Part shown: in pieces, positions 40,188-52,040 of the stretch
Layout of the letters: each line of letters begins with the position of its first letter
How positions within the stretch are numbered: the stretch's first letter is position 1
Source: an uncultured candidatus Porisulfidus sp.
GTDB lineage: Bacteria; Pseudomonadota; Gammaproteobacteria; Poriferisulfidales; Poriferisulfidaceae
Length of the DNA: 64,000 nucleotides
Assembly: GCA_965199755.1 (NCBI GenBank)
Contig: CBDASZ010000001.1
Coordinates: forward strand, 128,001 to 192,000
Reading direction: 5' to 3'
Notes under the pieces: generated by a model
The model's database searches: none
What the model was told of the DNA's origin: nothing
The model's input: the letters and a program-made list of their open reading frames with translations, nothing else
Translations under genes and position numbers: made by a program

Positions 40188-42447
40188 AACTCAGCCTCAC
40201 CAATCCCACGGCCGCGCCCAATTCCGCCAGCCGCGCATCTCCGCTTGGCAGGTGCACGCAATCCTCCGGCATGCTCTCATCCACGCAAATATCCACGATA
40301 TGACTGGCTCCGTCTTGAAACAATCGCACTTGCGTCGCATCCATTGGAATGCCGTGGGTCTTAAGCGCTTGCGGGTGTAGTCGCGCCACCAGCGTGCGCG
40401 CCTGTTCGGTCTGTTGCAACGCATGCGCATGGCGCACCACGGCGTCTTGCTGATACAGCGAGGGGGTCCCGAAGCGCAGCAAGCCGTGTTGCGGCACCCG
40501 GCAGTCAGCCAGATAGGTCAATGACGGCAGCGTCGGCGCGCGCGGCGCAATCAGGCCGCGCAGGTGCGGGATCAACTGGTCGCGCCGCACATCCAAAACC
40601 GCGCCCGCGGCATCCGCCAGCGCTTCCAGCGCGTCCACGCCGCAGCGCACCTCACCCGGCGGCGCAACCGCCGCCTCCATGGCTTGCCAGCGTTCTTCCA
40701 GATTGATCAGATGACCGCTGCGCTCACCCACCGTCGCGATCGGGAACAGCAAGTCATGCAGCGTCTCTTCCTCTTCCGGCAAGAACGATTGAAAGCCAAT
40801 CACCTGCTTCGCGGCGCGCAGCGCCTGACACAGCCGCTGTGGGTCATTCACATCGCAGCACGGGTCCACGCCGTATAAAAACCAGGTCTCCGGCGGCGTC
40901 TCAAGCGCCTCACTGAGGCTGGTGCCGCTCACTGGTTTGCCGCCCGCATAGCGATCCGCCACACAACCGCTCAGCCAGGCCCCGGGGGCGTTGGCACCTT
41001 CCGGTAGCATGCCCAGCGTGGCCCCGGTGCGGTTGCACAACTCCAGCACCTTGCTGTAGAGCAGGCTGGCGTCTGGATAATTGAGCGCCAGCGGGCCCAG
41101 CCAGACCACCGGCCGCTCCGCGGAGCGCAAGCGCTGATGCAGCACCGTGCGCCGCTGCGGCGTCAGCCATTGCAGCCAGTCGCGTACCGACACCACGAGT
41201 TCCTGCGCCAGCGGGAAGTTCCAGTCGTACCCGCAGGGATTGAACGCCCAGACCTCGGTTCCCTGCTGCTGCGCCTTGCGCAGGCGGTGATTGATGATCG
41301 GCTGATCATGGCGCAGATAACTGCCGATCAGCACCACCAGATCGTGTTCAGCGAGCTGATCCAGCGTGCAGCCCAGCGACGGCATCTGCGGATACTGTTC
41401 GCCGTAGCGAAAATCGCTGGTGCGCAGACGATGCTCTACGGTGGTGGCGCGACGCGTGCGCAGCAACTGCTGAAAGCGGAAGCATTCCTCCACCGTAGCC
41501 GACGGGTGAATCAGTCCGGCCTTGTCGCCTGCGCCGTTCAGCCATTCCGCCGCCTTGAGCAGTGCCTCCTCCCAACTGATCGGAAACCACTTGCTGCCGT
41601 ATTTGATGTGCGGTTCGGTCAGCCGCTTCGGATGCTGCGCCGCCTGATAACTGAAGCGGTCGCGATCAGACAGCCAGGTCTCATTGATCGAGTCCTCATC
41701 GCGCGGCACACTGCGAACCTGATGGCCGTGCTGCACATGGCGCGTCAGATGCGAGCCGGCACCGTCGTGCTCGCCCAAACCGGGACGCGACACCAGATCC
41801 CAAGCGCGCGCGCGCATGCGCGAGGGCCGGGCGTTGAGCGCACCGACCGGGCACAGGTCAATCACGCAGCCGGACAATTCGGACTCCAGCGCCTTTTGGA
41901 TGTAGGTGCCGATCTTGACGAACTCGCCGCGCCCAAAGGCGCCGAGTTCCTGCTCGCCGGCGATCTCTTCGGTGAAGCGCACGCAGCGCGTGCAGTGAAT
42001 GCAGCGGGTCATGTCGGTGGACACCAGCGGCCCCAGATCCGGGTCCGGCACCACGCGGCGCGCTTCGGAGTAGCGCGAAATGTCGTCGCCGTAGCCGAGC
42101 GAGAGATCCTGCAATTCGCACTCACCGCCCTGATCGCAGATCGGACAATCCAGCGGGTGATTGATCAGCAGAAACTCCATGGTGCCGCGCTGCGACTCGC
42201 GCGCGAGTTCTGAATCCGTATGCACCTCCATGCCGTCCACCACCGGCGTCGCGCACGCCGCCACCGGCCCGCGCACGCCGGCCACTTCGACCAGACACAT
42301 GCGGCAGTTGGCCGCCACTGACAGCTTGCGGTGATAGCAAAAGCGCGGGATCGCCTCACCGGCACGATCCGCCACCGCGATCAGCATCTCGCCGGCCGTG
42401 GCCTCGACCTCGCGACCGTTCAATTTGAGGGTGATGGTCTTGCTCAT
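40180..42447 (-). CDS. nuoG: NADH-quinone oxidoreductase subunit G
   Basis: [35 protein letters not shown]. Confidence 0.95.
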   Translation of the reverse strand: MSKTITLKLNGREVEATAGEMLIAVADRAGEAIPRFCYHRKLSVAANCRMCLVEVAGVRGPVAACATPVVDGMEVHTDSELARESQRGTMEFLLINHPLDCPICDQGGECELQDLSLGYGDDISRYSEARRVVPDPDLGPLVSTDMTRCIHCTRCVRFTEEIAGEQELGAFGRGEFVKIGTYIQKALESELSGCVIDLCPVGALNARPSRMRARAWDLVSRPGLGEHDGAGSHLTRHVQHGHQVRSVPRDEDSINETWLSDRDRFSYQAAQHPKRLTEPHIKYGSKWFPISWEEALLKAAEWLNGAGDKAGLIHPSATVEECFRFQQLLRTRRATTVEHRLRTSDFRYGEQYPQMPSLGCTLDQLAEHDLVVLIGSYLRHDQPIINHRLRKAQQQGTEVWAFNPCGYDWNFPLAQELVVSVRDWLQWLTPQRRTVLHQRLRSAERPVVWLGPLALNYPDASLLYSKVLELCNRTGATLGMLPEGANAPGAWLSGCVADRYAGGKPVSGTSLSEALETPPETWFLYGVDPCCDVNDPQRLCQALRAAKQVIGFQSFLPEEEETLHDLLFPIATVGERSGHLINLEERWQAMEAAVAPPGEVRCGVDALEALADAAGAVLDVRRDQLIPHLRGLIAPRAPTLPSLTYLADCRVPQHGLLRFGTPSLYQQDAVVRHAHALQQTEQARTLVARLHPQALKTHGIPMDATQVRLFQDGASHIVDICVDESMPEDCVHLPSGDARLAELGAAVGLVRLSYV

Positions 42448-43724
42448 GCCGGTGCCACCATGCTTTTCTTGTGTTTGATGTAATACTCAAACTCGGCGCG
42501 AAAATGCTTCAGAAAACTCTGCACCGGCCAAGCCGCCGCCGCGCCCAGTGCGCAGATGGTATGACCGTCGATGCGCGCCGGCACCGTGTCGAGCACGGTC
42601 AGATCCTCTTCGGTGCCCTGCCCTTCAACGATGCGCGTCAATACCCGATACAGCCAGCCGGTGCCTTCCCGGCACGGCGTGCACTGGCCGCAGGACTCAT
42701 GGAAGTAGAAGCGCGAAATGCGTTGCAGCGCGCGCACCATGTCGGTGTGTTCGTCCATCACAATCACCGCGCCGGAACCGAGCAGCGAGCCGGCCGCCTC
42801 CAGACTCTCGAAATCCATCGTCAGCCCTTGCATCGCGGAGGCCGGCAGCACCGGCACCGACGAACCGCCGGGGATCACCGCCTTCAGCCGGCGTCCCTTC
42901 CAGACGCCGCCACATAACTCCAGCAGCGCGGCGAAGGGGATGCCGAGCGGCACTTCATGGTTGCCCGGCTGCGTGACATGACCGGACACGGAGAAGCATT
43001 TGGTGCCAGGGCTTTTCTCGGTGCCGAGTTGCGTGAAGGCTTCCGCGCCATCGCGCAGGATCTTCGGCACCAGCGCCAGACTTTCAACATTGTTGATGGT
43101 GGTCGGCTTGCCCCACAGCCCGTAGTTCGCCGGAAACGGCGGCTTGAAGCGCGGCAGGCCGGGCTTGCCTTCCAAAGACTCCAGAAGCGCGGTCTCCTCG
43201 CCGCAGATATAAGCGCCCGCGCCGAGCGTGTCGCGCAGTTCAACCGCAATGCCGCTGCCTTTGATGTTGGTGCCAAGGAACCCTTCCGTGTAGGCCTCCT
43301 GCAGCGCTTGCGCGAAGCGCTGATACGGCTCATCGCCAAACTCCTCACGCAAATAAATGTAGCCGGTACGCGCGCCGATCGCATAACAGCCGATCGCCAT
43401 GCCCTCAATCAGCGCGTGCGGATTGAAGCGCAGAATGTCGCGGTCCTTGCAGGTGCCCGGCTCGGACTCGTCCGCGTTGCATACCAAATAGCTTTCTTCC
43501 ACATCCGGCATGAAACTCCACTTCAGCCCGGTCGGAAATCCGGCACCGCCGCGCCCGCGCAAACCGGACGCCTTGACCTGTTCGATCACGCCGCGGCGCG
43601 GCGGGCGTTTCTTGAGAATATCGTGCCAAGCCTGATAGCCTCCGTGCTCCTGATAGGTCTGCAGCGACCACGGCGTGTCTTGTCCCATGGTGGCGAAGCA
43701 GTAGGTGTTGTGCGCTTCAGTCAT
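42444..43724 (-). CDS. nuoF: NADH-quinone oxidoreductase subunit F
   Basis: GRGGAGF, NADESEP, YICGEET, ESCGQCTPCREG. Confidence 0.96.
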   Translation of the reverse strand: MTEAHNTYCFATMGQDTPWSLQTYQEHGGYQAWHDILKKRPPRRGVIEQVKASGLRGRGGAGFPTGLKWSFMPDVEESYLVCNADESEPGTCKDRDILRFNPHALIEGMAIGCYAIGARTGYIYLREEFGDEPYQRFAQALQEAYTEGFLGTNIKGSGIAVELRDTLGAGAYICGEETALLESLEGKPGLPRFKPPFPANYGLWGKPTTINNVESLALVPKILRDGAEAFTQLGTEKSPGTKCFSVSGHVTQPGNHEVPLGIPFAALLELCGGVWKGRRLKAVIPGGSSVPVLPASAMQGLTMDFESLEAAGSLLGSGAVIVMDEHTDMVRALQRISRFYFHESCGQCTPCREGTGWLYRVLTRIVEGQGTEEDLTVLDTVPARIDGHTICALGAAAAWPVQSFLKHFRAEFEYYIKHKKSMVAPA

Positions 43725-44205
43725 GGCCCAGCTCCTCCAGAATCTCATCCACCCGCTCGGGGCTGAGGTTCTCGTAGTAGACGTGATCGACCTGCATCAT
43801 CGGCGCGCCGCAGCAGCCGGCCAGACATTCCTCTTCCAACTTCAGAAAGTAACGCCCGTCAGCGGTAGACTCGCCCGGCGCAACGCCCAGACGCTCACTG
43901 AGGTGGTTCAAAATCTCCTCGCCGCCGCGCAGCCAGCAGGAAATGTTGGTGCACACCGAAATGGTGTGCCGGCCCACCGGCTGGTGGTTGAAGCCAGTGT
44001 AGAAGGAGCCGACTTCGTACACCTGAATCGGCGGCAGATCAAGGTGTTCAGCCACCATGTCCATGCGCTCAGGCGTGAGGTGGCCGTATTCCTTCTGCGC
44101 TTCGCGCAATGCGCCCAACACCGCCGAGCGGCGATGCTCGTTCGGGAAGCGCTGCACCCATTCGTCGATGCGCGTGCGCAACTTCGCGCTCAGCTTACCC
44201 CTCAT
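43717..44205 (-). CDS. nuoE: NADH-quinone oxidoreductase subunit E
   Basis: [17 protein letters not shown]. Confidence 0.94.
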   Translation of the reverse strand: MRGKLSAKLRTRIDEWVQRFPNEHRRSAVLGALREAQKEYGHLTPERMDMVAEHLDLPPIQVYEVGSFYTGFNHQPVGRHTISVCTNISCWLRGGEEILNHLSERLGVAPGESTADGRYFLKLEEECLAGCCGAPMMQVDHVYYENLSPERVDEILEELGHD

Positions 44206-45470
44206 CGGTCGACCTCGCCGAACACCAGGTCCAAAGTGCCCAGAAGCGCCACCACATCCGCCAGCATGTGCCCGCGCGCCAGTTCGTCCAGCGCCGCCAG
44301 GTGGGCGAAGCCCGGTGCCCGAATCTTGAGACGGTAGGGCTTGTTGGCACCGTCCGACACCAGATAGATACCGAACTCGCCTTTCGGATGCTCGATCGCA
44401 GCGTAGGTCTCGCCGGGCGGGATGCAATAGCCTTCCGAGAACAACTTGAAGTGATGAATCAGCGCCTCCATGTCGTGCTCCAGCCGCGGGCGCGGCGGCG
44501 GCGTGATCTTGTGATCATCCGCGATCACCGGCCCCGGGTTCGCACGCAGCCAGTCGACGCACTGCTTGATGATGTGATTGGACTGGCGCATCTCCTCGAC
44601 GCGCACCAGATAACGGTCGTAGCAATCGCCGTTGGTGCCGACCGGCACCTCGAAGTCCAACGCCTCATACACCGCGTAAGGCTGACGGCGACGCAAGTCC
44701 CACGGCACCCCGCAGCCGCGCAGCATCGGTCCGGTGAAGCCCAGTTGCAGGGCCTGCTCGGTGGTGACGATGCCGATATCCACGGTGCGCTGCTTCCAGA
44801 TCCGGTTGTCCGTCAGCAGGGTCTCGTATTCGTCCACGCAACCTGGAAAGCGCTCGGTGAAGGCGTCAATAAAATCCAGCAGGCTACCCTGTCGGTCGCG
44901 GTTGCGGCGCTGCATTGTGCGCCGGGCCTTGCGCGTCAGTGAGGAGAACCGCGGCGCGTCATGCTGCGGCATGCGCTCCGGCAAATCCCGGTGCACGCCG
45001 CCGGGGCGATAGTAGGTCGCGTGCATGCGCGCGCCTGAAGCCGCTTCATAGCAGTCCATCAAGTCCTCGCGCTCGCGAAAGGCATACAGAAACACGCTCA
45101 TCGCGCCGATATCAAGCGCGTGCGCGCCCAGCCACAGCAGGTGATTGAGGATGCGGGTGATCTCATCGAACATCACCCGAATGTACTGCGCGCGAACCGG
45201 CGGCTCGATGTCCAGCAACTGTTCAAGCGCGCGCACGTACGCATGTTCGTTGCACATCATCGACACGTAGTCGAGCCGATCCATATAGCCGATGCTCTGG
45301 TTGTACGGTTTGCTCTCGGCCAGTTTCTCGGTGCCGCGATGCAGCAAGCCGATGTGCGGGTCGATCTGCTGCACCACCTCGCCGTCGAGTTCCATGACCA
45401 GACGCAGCACGCCGTGCGAGGCCGGATGCTGCGGCCCGAAATTCATGGTGTAACTGTGAATCTCCGCCAT
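44202..45470 (-). CDS. nuoD: NADH-quinone oxidoreductase subunit D
   Basis: [27 protein letters not shown]. Confidence 0.96.
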   Translation of the reverse strand: MAEIHSYTMNFGPQHPASHGVLRLVMELDGEVVQQIDPHIGLLHRGTEKLAESKPYNQSIGYMDRLDYVSMMCNEHAYVRALEQLLDIEPPVRAQYIRVMFDEITRILNHLLWLGAHALDIGAMSVFLYAFREREDLMDCYEAASGARMHATYYRPGGVHRDLPERMPQHDAPRFSSLTRKARRTMQRRNRDRQGSLLDFIDAFTERFPGCVDEYETLLTDNRIWKQRTVDIGIVTTEQALQLGFTGPMLRGCGVPWDLRRRQPYAVYEALDFEVPVGTNGDCYDRYLVRVEEMRQSNHIIKQCVDWLRANPGPVIADDHKITPPPRPRLEHDMEALIHHFKLFSEGYCIPPGETYAAIEHPKGEFGIYLVSDGANKPYRLKIRAPGFAHLAALDELARGHMLADVVALLGTLDLVFGEVDR

Positions 45471-46144
45471 CAGTACTTCTCCCGCAACACTCTGGGGACG
45501 CCGACCCGCGCGTCAATCGAGACCGGCTCATACACGACCCGGCGCGCCTCGGCGTCATAGCGCACTTCCATATGGCCGCTGAGCGGAAAATCGCGGCGCA
45601 GCGGGTGGCCGATGAAGCCGTAGTCGGTCAGGATACGGCGCAGGTCCGGATGGCCTTCAAACACGATGCCGAACAAATCAAAGGCCTCGCGTTCGTACCA
45701 GTCAGCGCAACGCCACAGGTCGCGCACCGACGGCAACGATGGCCATTCTCCGCCGGCGCACCTAGCGCGCACCCGAAGGCGGCGATTGTGCGTCAGCGAC
45801 AGCAAGTGATAGACCACCGCGAAGCGGCGCTCATCAGACACCGGCTCATGCGGCTGCGCAAATGACAGACGGCCTGAGGTGCCCGGCACCACCGCGCGCG
45901 AAAACCCGGTAGCGGTGGCCGCGCTGGTCTTCCATTCGGTCTGCCCGAACTCGGCATAGTCCATGCCGGCCAAATCAATCAGTTGCGCGAAACGAAACGA
46001 CTCGGCATCGCGCAACTCGCGCAGCACCTCGCTCAGATGTTCAGCAGTGACTTCAAGGGCGGGGCCGTCCGCGTGTTCCTGCAGTTGCACGCGCGAACCA
46101 AAGTGTTCGGCGAGTGCCGTGCCCCAAGGAGTGCCCGCATCCAT
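45470..46144 (-). CDS. nuoC: NADH-quinone oxidoreductase subunit C
   Basis: [12 protein letters not shown]...[12 protein letters not shown]. Confidence 0.94.
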   Translation of the reverse strand: MDAGTPWGTALAEHFGSRVQLQEHADGPALEVTAEHLSEVLRELRDAESFRFAQLIDLAGMDYAEFGQTEWKTSAATATGFSRAVVPGTSGRLSFAQPHEPVSDERRFAVVYHLLSLTHNRRLRVRARCAGGEWPSLPSVRDLWRCADWYEREAFDLFGIVFEGHPDLRRILTDYGFIGHPLRRDFPLSGHMEVRYDAEARRVVYEPVSIDARVGVPRVLREKY

Positions 46145-46659
46145 TAGCGAGCCTTTTTGTTCGCCCGGCGGATCTTGTGCTGCAGCTGCAACACGCCGTA
46201 CAGCAAGGCTTCCGCCGTGGGCGGGCAACCGGGGACGTAGATGTCCACCGGAACGATCCGGTCGCAACCGCGCACCACCGAATAGGAATAGTGATAGTAG
46301 CCACCGCCGTTGGCGCACGAACCCATTGAGATGACCCATTTCGGATCCGGCATCTGGTCGTAGACGCGGCGCAACGCCGGGGCCATCTTGTTGACCAGCG
46401 TGCCCGCCACGATCATCACGTCCGACTGGCGCGGGCTCGGCCGAAACAGCATCCCGAAACGATCCAGGTCATACCGCGCCGCCCCCGCATGCATCATCTC
46501 TATCGCACAACAGGCGAGCCCAAAGGTCATCGGCCACAGTGAGCCGGAGCGGGCCCAGTTCGCCAGCGCATCGGCGCTGGTCACCATGAAGCCTTTTTGC
46601 TGCAGTTGCCCGGCGGACAGCGGGTGCACCTGCGTGGCGTACAGCTCCATTAATCCCAT
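46144..46659 (-). CDS. nuoB: NADH-quinone oxidoreductase subunit B
   Basis: [18 protein letters not shown]. Confidence 0.96.
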   Translation of the reverse strand: MGLMELYATQVHPLSAGQLQQKGFMVTSADALANWARSGSLWPMTFGLACCAIEMMHAGAARYDLDRFGMLFRPSPRQSDVMIVAGTLVNKMAPALRRVYDQMPDPKWVISMGSCANGGGYYHYSYSVVRGCDRIVPVDIYVPGCPPTAEALLYGVLQLQHKIRRANKKAR

Positions 46660-47012
46660 TCCAGCGCTCCCTGCCGCAATTCATAGACAAAACCGACCGC
46701 GAGCAGCAGCAGAAAGACCGCCATGCTCACCAGCCCGAACGTGCCCACCGCGTCCAGCGCCACCGCCCAAGGGAACAGAAACGCCACCTCCAGATCAAAC
46801 AGCACGAACAGAATCACCACCAGATAATAACGCACGTCAAAGCCCATATGCGCGTCATCCAGAGCGTCAAAGCCGCACTCATACGGCAGTTCTTTTTCCG
46901 GGGTCGGCGCGCGCGGCGCGAACAAGCGCCCAATCACCAGTATGGCGACGCCGATTCCAGCGCCCATTCCAAGAAACAGCAACACGGCCAAGTATTTGTC
47001 CAACATCATCAA
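46650..47012 (-). CDS. nuoA: NADH-quinone oxidoreductase subunit A
   Basis: [24 protein letters not shown]. Confidence 0.95.
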   Translation of the reverse strand: MMMLDKYLAVLLFLGMGAGIGVAILVIGRLFAPRAPTPEKELPYECGFDALDDAHMGFDVRYYLVVILFVLFDLEVAFLFPWAVALDAVGTFGLVSMAVFLLLLAVGFVYELRQGALEWD

Positions 47013-47128
47013 ACCTCATGCATCCCCATGCACTTTCCCCCGACTCCCCTCATCGCCTCCGGCAGCGTACAAGAGGCGGGCGTCTCGACGCGGACACCGG
47101 CATTGGATTATAACTGTTAGGAGCGGGC

Positions 47129-47205
<77 letters not shown>

Positions 47206-47226
47206 GCCTTGCTCCGACGGTGCGCT

Positions 47227-47772
47227 TCAAGCGCCGCCACCCTCCACAATGGTGAGCAGATTGGCCAGATCATCGGCGTGCTCCTCTTCCATTTTGAGGA
47301 TATCCTCAATCATCCGGCGCGTGGTGGGATCATTGTCTTTCAGCCAGCGGATGATCTCCGAATAGGTCTCGATCGCGATGCGCTCGGCAACCAGATCCTC
47401 ACGAATCATCTCTTCGAGCGTCTCGCCCTCGGAATATTCGGCGTGTGCCCGTGTCGCCAGACCCTCCGGGTTGAAGTTCGGCGCACCGCCTAGCTGCGTG
47501 ATCCGTTGCGCCACCCAGTCGACGTGCATCTGTTCCTCGTTGGCATGTTCCAGAAACTCGGCCGCCACCACCGGCGAGTTGACGCCGCTCGCCATGTAAT
47601 AGTGATTGCGATAGCGCAGTACGCAGACCAGCTCGGTCGCCAGCACCTCATTGAGCACCTCGATTACTTTCTCAATGTCCGCGCCGTAAGCGTCGGTGAC
47701 CGCGCCATCACTCATTTTTGCGCGCGCCCGCTCGCGAATCGCCGCCAAATCCATGCTGAATTCTTGCGCCAT
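47227..47772 (-). CDS. ferritin-like/bacterioferritin-family protein
   Basis: Di-iron ligand pattern ATE...EEQMH...AE...EEEH. Confidence 0.85.
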   Translation of the reverse strand: MAQEFSMDLAAIRERARAKMSDGAVTDAYGADIEKVIEVLNEVLATELVCVLRYRNHYYMASGVNSPVVAAEFLEHANEEQMHVDWVAQRITQLGGAPNFNPEGLATRAHAEYSEGETLEEMIREDLVAERIAIETYSEIIRWLKDNDPTTRRMIEDILKMEEEHADDLANLLTIVEGGGA

Positions 47773-47850
47773 CAGTGTTCCTCTCCCAGAGTGGGTTGTG
47801 TCCTCACATTCTAGCACCCATGCCGCGCAGGCGGTATACTGACCCCTCCG

Positions 47851-48669
47851 ATGACGCGCCTCATTGTCTTCGCTTTATTGCTGGTCTGCATGGGGCCCCT
47901 TCCCGCTATGGAACTTTCACTGGACGGCGCGCTGACTCAAGGCGGATTGCTCCGCGGCCAGGTCGCGCCGGGACAGCGCCTGTGGCTGGACGGCGAGAAA
48001 ATCGCCACCACGCCGCAAGGCCATTTTGTGTTCGGCTTCGGCCGCGACCATGCCGCCTCCGCGCAGTTGCGCGTCGAGGACCTTGACGGCGTGGCGCACG
48101 AACAGGAACTCGCGATCGCCCCGCGCGAATATGAGACCCAGCATATCCGCGGCCTGCCCAAGCGCAAGGTCAGCCCGAAAGAAGAGGATCTCGAACGCAT
48201 CCGCGACGATCAAATGCAGGTCGCCAAAGCGCGCGCCGTCTTCAGCGATCATGACGGCTTCACTGAAGCGTTCCGCTGGCCGGCTCTTGGAACCATCAGC
48301 GGCGTCTACGGCAGCGCGCGGGTTCTCAACGGCGAGCCGCGCCAACCGCATTACGGCATTGACATCGCCGCCGACGAAGGAACACCGGTGGTGGCGCCGG
48401 CTTCCGGGCGCGTGACGCTGGCGCACCCGGATATGTTCTTCACCGGGGTCACGGCCATCATCGACCACGGCTTCGGTGTGTCCTCCACGTTCCTGCACCT
48501 GCAGCAGATCGAAGTCGAAGTCGGACAGATGCTGCAGGCCGGCGAGCGCTTCGCCACGGTCGGCTCAACCGGACGCTCAACCGGGCCGCACCTGGACTGG
48601 CGCGTGAACTGGTTTGACACGCGCGTCGACCCGGCCTTGCTGGTCGGCCCCATGCCGGAAACGCCATGA
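47851..48669 (+). CDS. M23 family peptidase
   Basis: HYGID (HxxxD), STGPHLDW; signal peptide. Confidence 0.9.
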   Translation: MTRLIVFALLLVCMGPLPAMELSLDGALTQGGLLRGQVAPGQRLWLDGEKIATTPQGHFVFGFGRDHAASAQLRVEDLDGVAHEQELAIAPREYETQHIRGLPKRKVSPKEEDLERIRDDQMQVAKARAVFSDHDGFTEAFRWPALGTISGVYGSARVLNGEPRQPHYGIDIAADEGTPVVAPASGRVTLAHPDMFFTGVTAIIDHGFGVSSTFLHLQQIEVEVGQMLQAGERFATVGSTGRSTGPHLDWRVNWFDTRVDPALLVGPMPETP

Positions 48670-49169
48670 GACGCCCTGCTCCATTGCAACTGGCGTTGCT
48701 GCTGGCCGTGATCGGCGGCTTCGCGACCGCTGCGCAGGCGGACAGCCCGATTGACAAGGTGCTGGTCGAGAAATCACAAATGCGCCTGAGCCTGATGTCG
48801 CGCGGGCGCGCCGTGCGCAGCTTCCCGATCTATCTCGGCGGCAACCCGGTCGGCCACAAACAATACCAGGGCGACCTGCGCACGCCGGAAGGCCGCTACG
48901 TGCTGCACCGGCGCAACGCCCAAAGCCGCTTCTACCGCTCGCTGCGCCTCGATTATCCCAACGCGGCCGATCGCGATCGCGCGCGCCGTCTTGGCAAATC
49001 GCCCGGCGGCGATATCATGATTCACGGACTGCCGGAACTGGAGAAACGCAGCCTGCTGATGTTCGCAGGACGCTACTGGACGGACGGCTGCATCGCGCTC
49101 AGCAACGCCCATATGCAGGAAGTCTGGGAGCTGGTGGAACTCCAGACCCCGATCGAAATCCGCCCCTGA
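48666..49169 (+). CDS. YkuD/L,D-transpeptidase family protein
   Basis: GDLRTPEG, IMIHG...WTDGCIAL. Confidence 0.88.
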   Translation: MRRPAPLQLALLLAVIGGFATAAQADSPIDKVLVEKSQMRLSLMSRGRAVRSFPIYLGGNPVGHKQYQGDLRTPEGRYVLHRRNAQSRFYRSLRLDYPNAADRDRARRLGKSPGGDIMIHGLPELEKRSLLMFAGRYWTDGCIALSNAHMQEVWELVELQTPIEIRP

Positions 49170-49366
49170 ACGGCGACGCAATCTCCAAAAACCCCCTTCC
49201 CCAGTTAAAACTATTGAAAATCAATAGCCTGTAGCGGTTCCAATTTGAAAGGGTTTTGCAATATTGTTGAAATTTCCTACACTTGCGAATGCGCTTTTTT
49301 GTATATCGTATAGTCATTTCCCCTTTTCAACTCTCGCGCCTGCTGCGACAGACCGGTACCGAATTC

Positions 49367-50719
49367 GTGTCCTCTGTAACTTGGCAAGCTTGCTTACGCC
49401 GCATGGAAGCGGAGTTTCCGGAATCGGAAGTCAATACCTTTTTGCGACCGCTTCTTGCCGAAGAACAATCCGGCATTTTGCACCTGCTCGCCCCTAACCT
49501 CGTCCTGTTCCAGCAAGTCCGCGAACGCTTTTTGTCGCACATCGTGCAATTCATCAGTACCGACGCGGCCGAGACTTTTGACGTGAAACTGATGGTCGGC
49601 ACGGCGAAGACGGCATCGCAACCGCACACCTTAGGTGGGCACAATGGCACGAGCCCGTCCCCGCCACCAGACGCCGTCACCTGCGACCCCCTGCTGCCGC
49701 GCTTCACATTTGAGAACTTCGTGGTTGGTCGCTCCAATGAGATCCCCTACACCGTCGCCCTTGAGATCACCGAAGGCGCGGACATCTACAGCCCGTTTCT
49801 GATTTATGGCGGCGTCGGCCTTGGCAAGACCCATCTGATGCAAGCGATCGGCAACCGCTTGCTGGAGCGGCAAAAGGGACTCAATGTTCTCTACCTGCAC
49901 TGCGAGCAATTCGTGCAAAGTCTGGTCAGCTCCCTGCAGCTCAAACAAACCGAGCGCTTCAAGGCGTTCTACCGCAGCGCCGACGTGTTGCTGATCGACG
50001 ATATTCAGTTTCTGGCCGACAAGCCGCGCTCCCAGGAAGAGTTCTTCCACACCTTCAACTCTCTGCTGGAAAGACAATGCCAGATCGTCTTCACTTGTGA
50101 TCGTTATCCCAAGGAAATCAATGGCCTGGAGGCGCGTCTGTGTTCACGCCTGGGAGGCGGTTTCTCGGCCTTTATCGAGCCGCCGAACACCGAACTGCGC
50201 GCCGCTATCCTGCTGAGCAAAGCGGCCCAGCGTGAAGTTGAACTGCCACACGACGTGGCATTTTTTATCGCTGAAAACATGATCGGCAGCATCCGCGAAC
50301 TGGAAAGCGCGCTGTCGCGCGTCATCCTGCAGGCCGGTGTCGAGAATGCCGCGATCGATGTGGCCTTCGCCCGCTACGCCCTGCGCGACATCATGCCGGT
50401 GCGAGACCGGCTCATCAACGTACACAGCATCCGTCAAGCCACCGCCGAATACTTCGGCATTCAGGAAGACATCCTGAGCTCGCGGCGGCGCTCGAAAGAC
50501 ATCGTCGTGCCCCGGCAACTGGCCATGAAACTGACGCACGAGCTGACTTCGATGAGCCTCGCGTCCATTGGCGAGGCCTTCGGCGGGCGCGACCATACCA
50601 CCGTGCTTCACGCCTGTCAGAAAATCGACAACATCCTCAACGGCGTGGAGAATATGAGCGGCGAAGCGCAAAAGATCCGTGACGCACACAAGAACATAAA
50701 GCGGAAACTGCTAAACTGA
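49367..50719 (+). CDS. dnaA: chromosomal replication initiator
   Basis: TFENFVVG, GGVGLGKTHL, LIDDIQF, FGGRDHTTVLHA; GTG 49367 preferred as start. Confidence 0.96.
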   Translation: MSSVTWQACLRRMEAEFPESEVNTFLRPLLAEEQSGILHLLAPNLVLFQQVRERFLSHIVQFISTDAAETFDVKLMVGTAKTASQPHTLGGHNGTSPSPPPDAVTCDPLLPRFTFENFVVGRSNEIPYTVALEITEGADIYSPFLIYGGVGLGKTHLMQAIGNRLLERQKGLNVLYLHCEQFVQSLVSSLQLKQTERFKAFYRSADVLLIDDIQFLADKPRSQEEFFHTFNSLLERQCQIVFTCDRYPKEINGLEARLCSRLGGGFSAFIEPPNTELRAAILLSKAAQREVELPHDVAFFIAENMIGSIRELESALSRVILQAGVENAAIDVAFARYALRDIMPVRDRLINVHSIRQATAEYFGIQEDILSSRRRSKDIVVPRQLAMKLTHELTSMSLASIGEAFGGRDHTTVLHACQKIDNILNGVENMSGEAQKIRDAHKNIKRKLLN

Positions 50720-50917
50720 ATCCGCTTGGGGGAATCATGTGGATAAGTCGTTTACAATTCACACCATGTTTTTCTTCACCTCCCGCCATCCCCAATCCAC
50801 CGCAATGTATGCTCTCTTCTCCACCCGCTGTGTGGATAATAAATCATTGATACTCGGTGGCTTTAAGCGGTTTTCCACGATGGAGACCATTCCTAACAAC
50901 AATAAGGATTTAAAAGA
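50720..50917. promoter_or_regulatory. probable oriC
   Basis: Perfect DnaA boxes TGTGGATAA at 50738-50746 and 50831-50839, near-match TTTTCCACG at 50871-50879; AT-rich; dnaA-dnaN spacer. Confidence 0.8.
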
Positions 50918-52033
50918 ATGAAATTTACCATTGTTCAATCCGAACTGGTCGCGCCACTGACACGGCTGGCCGGCATCGTGCCCGGAGCGCAAACGGTTAG
51001 CGCGATGAGCGACATTTTGATCGAACCTGTCGATGGCGGGTTTCGTGTCACAGCGACTGATAACAATTTGCGTATGGCCTTCAATGTGGCAGCCGAGGGC
51101 GAGGACATTACCACATGCACACTGCCTGCGAAAAAATTGCTGGATGTATGTTCCCGCTTTCCTAGTGACGCCGCCATCAGTTTTGAACATGACGCCGAGC
51201 AGGAACGGATGCGCTTCTCATGCGGTAGCAGCAAATATGAGTTGGTTACGCGGGATCCCGCGGCGTTTCCAGGTATTGAGTCCAATGAGGATGACTGTAG
51301 TATCGAGATCCCGGAACCAATGCTGCTGAGCCTGCTGTCACCGGTCAAATACGCCGCCTCGCAGAACGACATGCGCTATTACCTGATGGGCGTGTTGCTG
51401 GATGTAACGTCGGATGGCGTCGCCACCGCCGCGACCGACGGTCACCGATTGGCCATGCGCGAGGAACCTTGGGATACCGGAATGTCCGAGCCGCGCCAAT
51501 TGATTCTGCCGAACAAGAGCGTGGAGGAGCTGAGCCGGATTCTGAAGCCGGACACGGACGATGTTGTGGTGCTGCATCTGGCCGGGAACCACCTGAAAGT
51601 CGAGATGACCGGCATTCGCGACGGCATGGACACGATTCTGGTGGAGGGCAAGTACCCGGATTATCGCGCCGTGGTGCCGACCGACAGGGAAATTCAGGTG
51701 ACGGTGGCGCGCAATGACTTCCTGCAAGCGACAGAACGCCTGCAAGCGGTGTCTGATGAATCTCTCAAGGGCGTCAAGATCAGTCTCGACGAGCAGGGCA
51801 TCGCGGTGAATTGCCAGAACAATATGGGCGATATGGGCAGCGAGGTATTCGCCGCCGAGTATTCTGGCGGAGAGGTGAGTATATCTTTGAATATCAAATA
51901 CTTACAGGATGCCTTGGCGAATATCAAGGCCGATGAGGTGACGCTCTGGTTCAAGGATGAGTCGAGCAGCATTCTGCTGACTTCAGAGATCGGGGGAGAC
52001 GGCAAGCACATCATCATGCCGATGCGGACGTGA
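50918..52033 (+). CDS. dnaN: DNA polymerase III beta clamp
   Basis: RYYLMGV, ATDGHRL, GKYPDY, IMPMR. Confidence 0.96.
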   Translation: MKFTIVQSELVAPLTRLAGIVPGAQTVSAMSDILIEPVDGGFRVTATDNNLRMAFNVAAEGEDITTCTLPAKKLLDVCSRFPSDAAISFEHDAEQERMRFSCGSSKYELVTRDPAAFPGIESNEDDCSIEIPEPMLLSLLSPVKYAASQNDMRYYLMGVLLDVTSDGVATAATDGHRLAMREEPWDTGMSEPRQLILPNKSVEELSRILKPDTDDVVVLHLAGNHLKVEMTGIRDGMDTILVEGKYPDYRAVVPTDREIQVTVARNDFLQATERLQAVSDESLKGVKISLDEQGIAVNCQNNMGDMGSEVFAAEYSGGEVSISLNIKYLQDALANIKADEVTLWFKDESSSILLTSEIGGDGKHIIMPMRT

Positions 52034-52040
52034 CGCACCG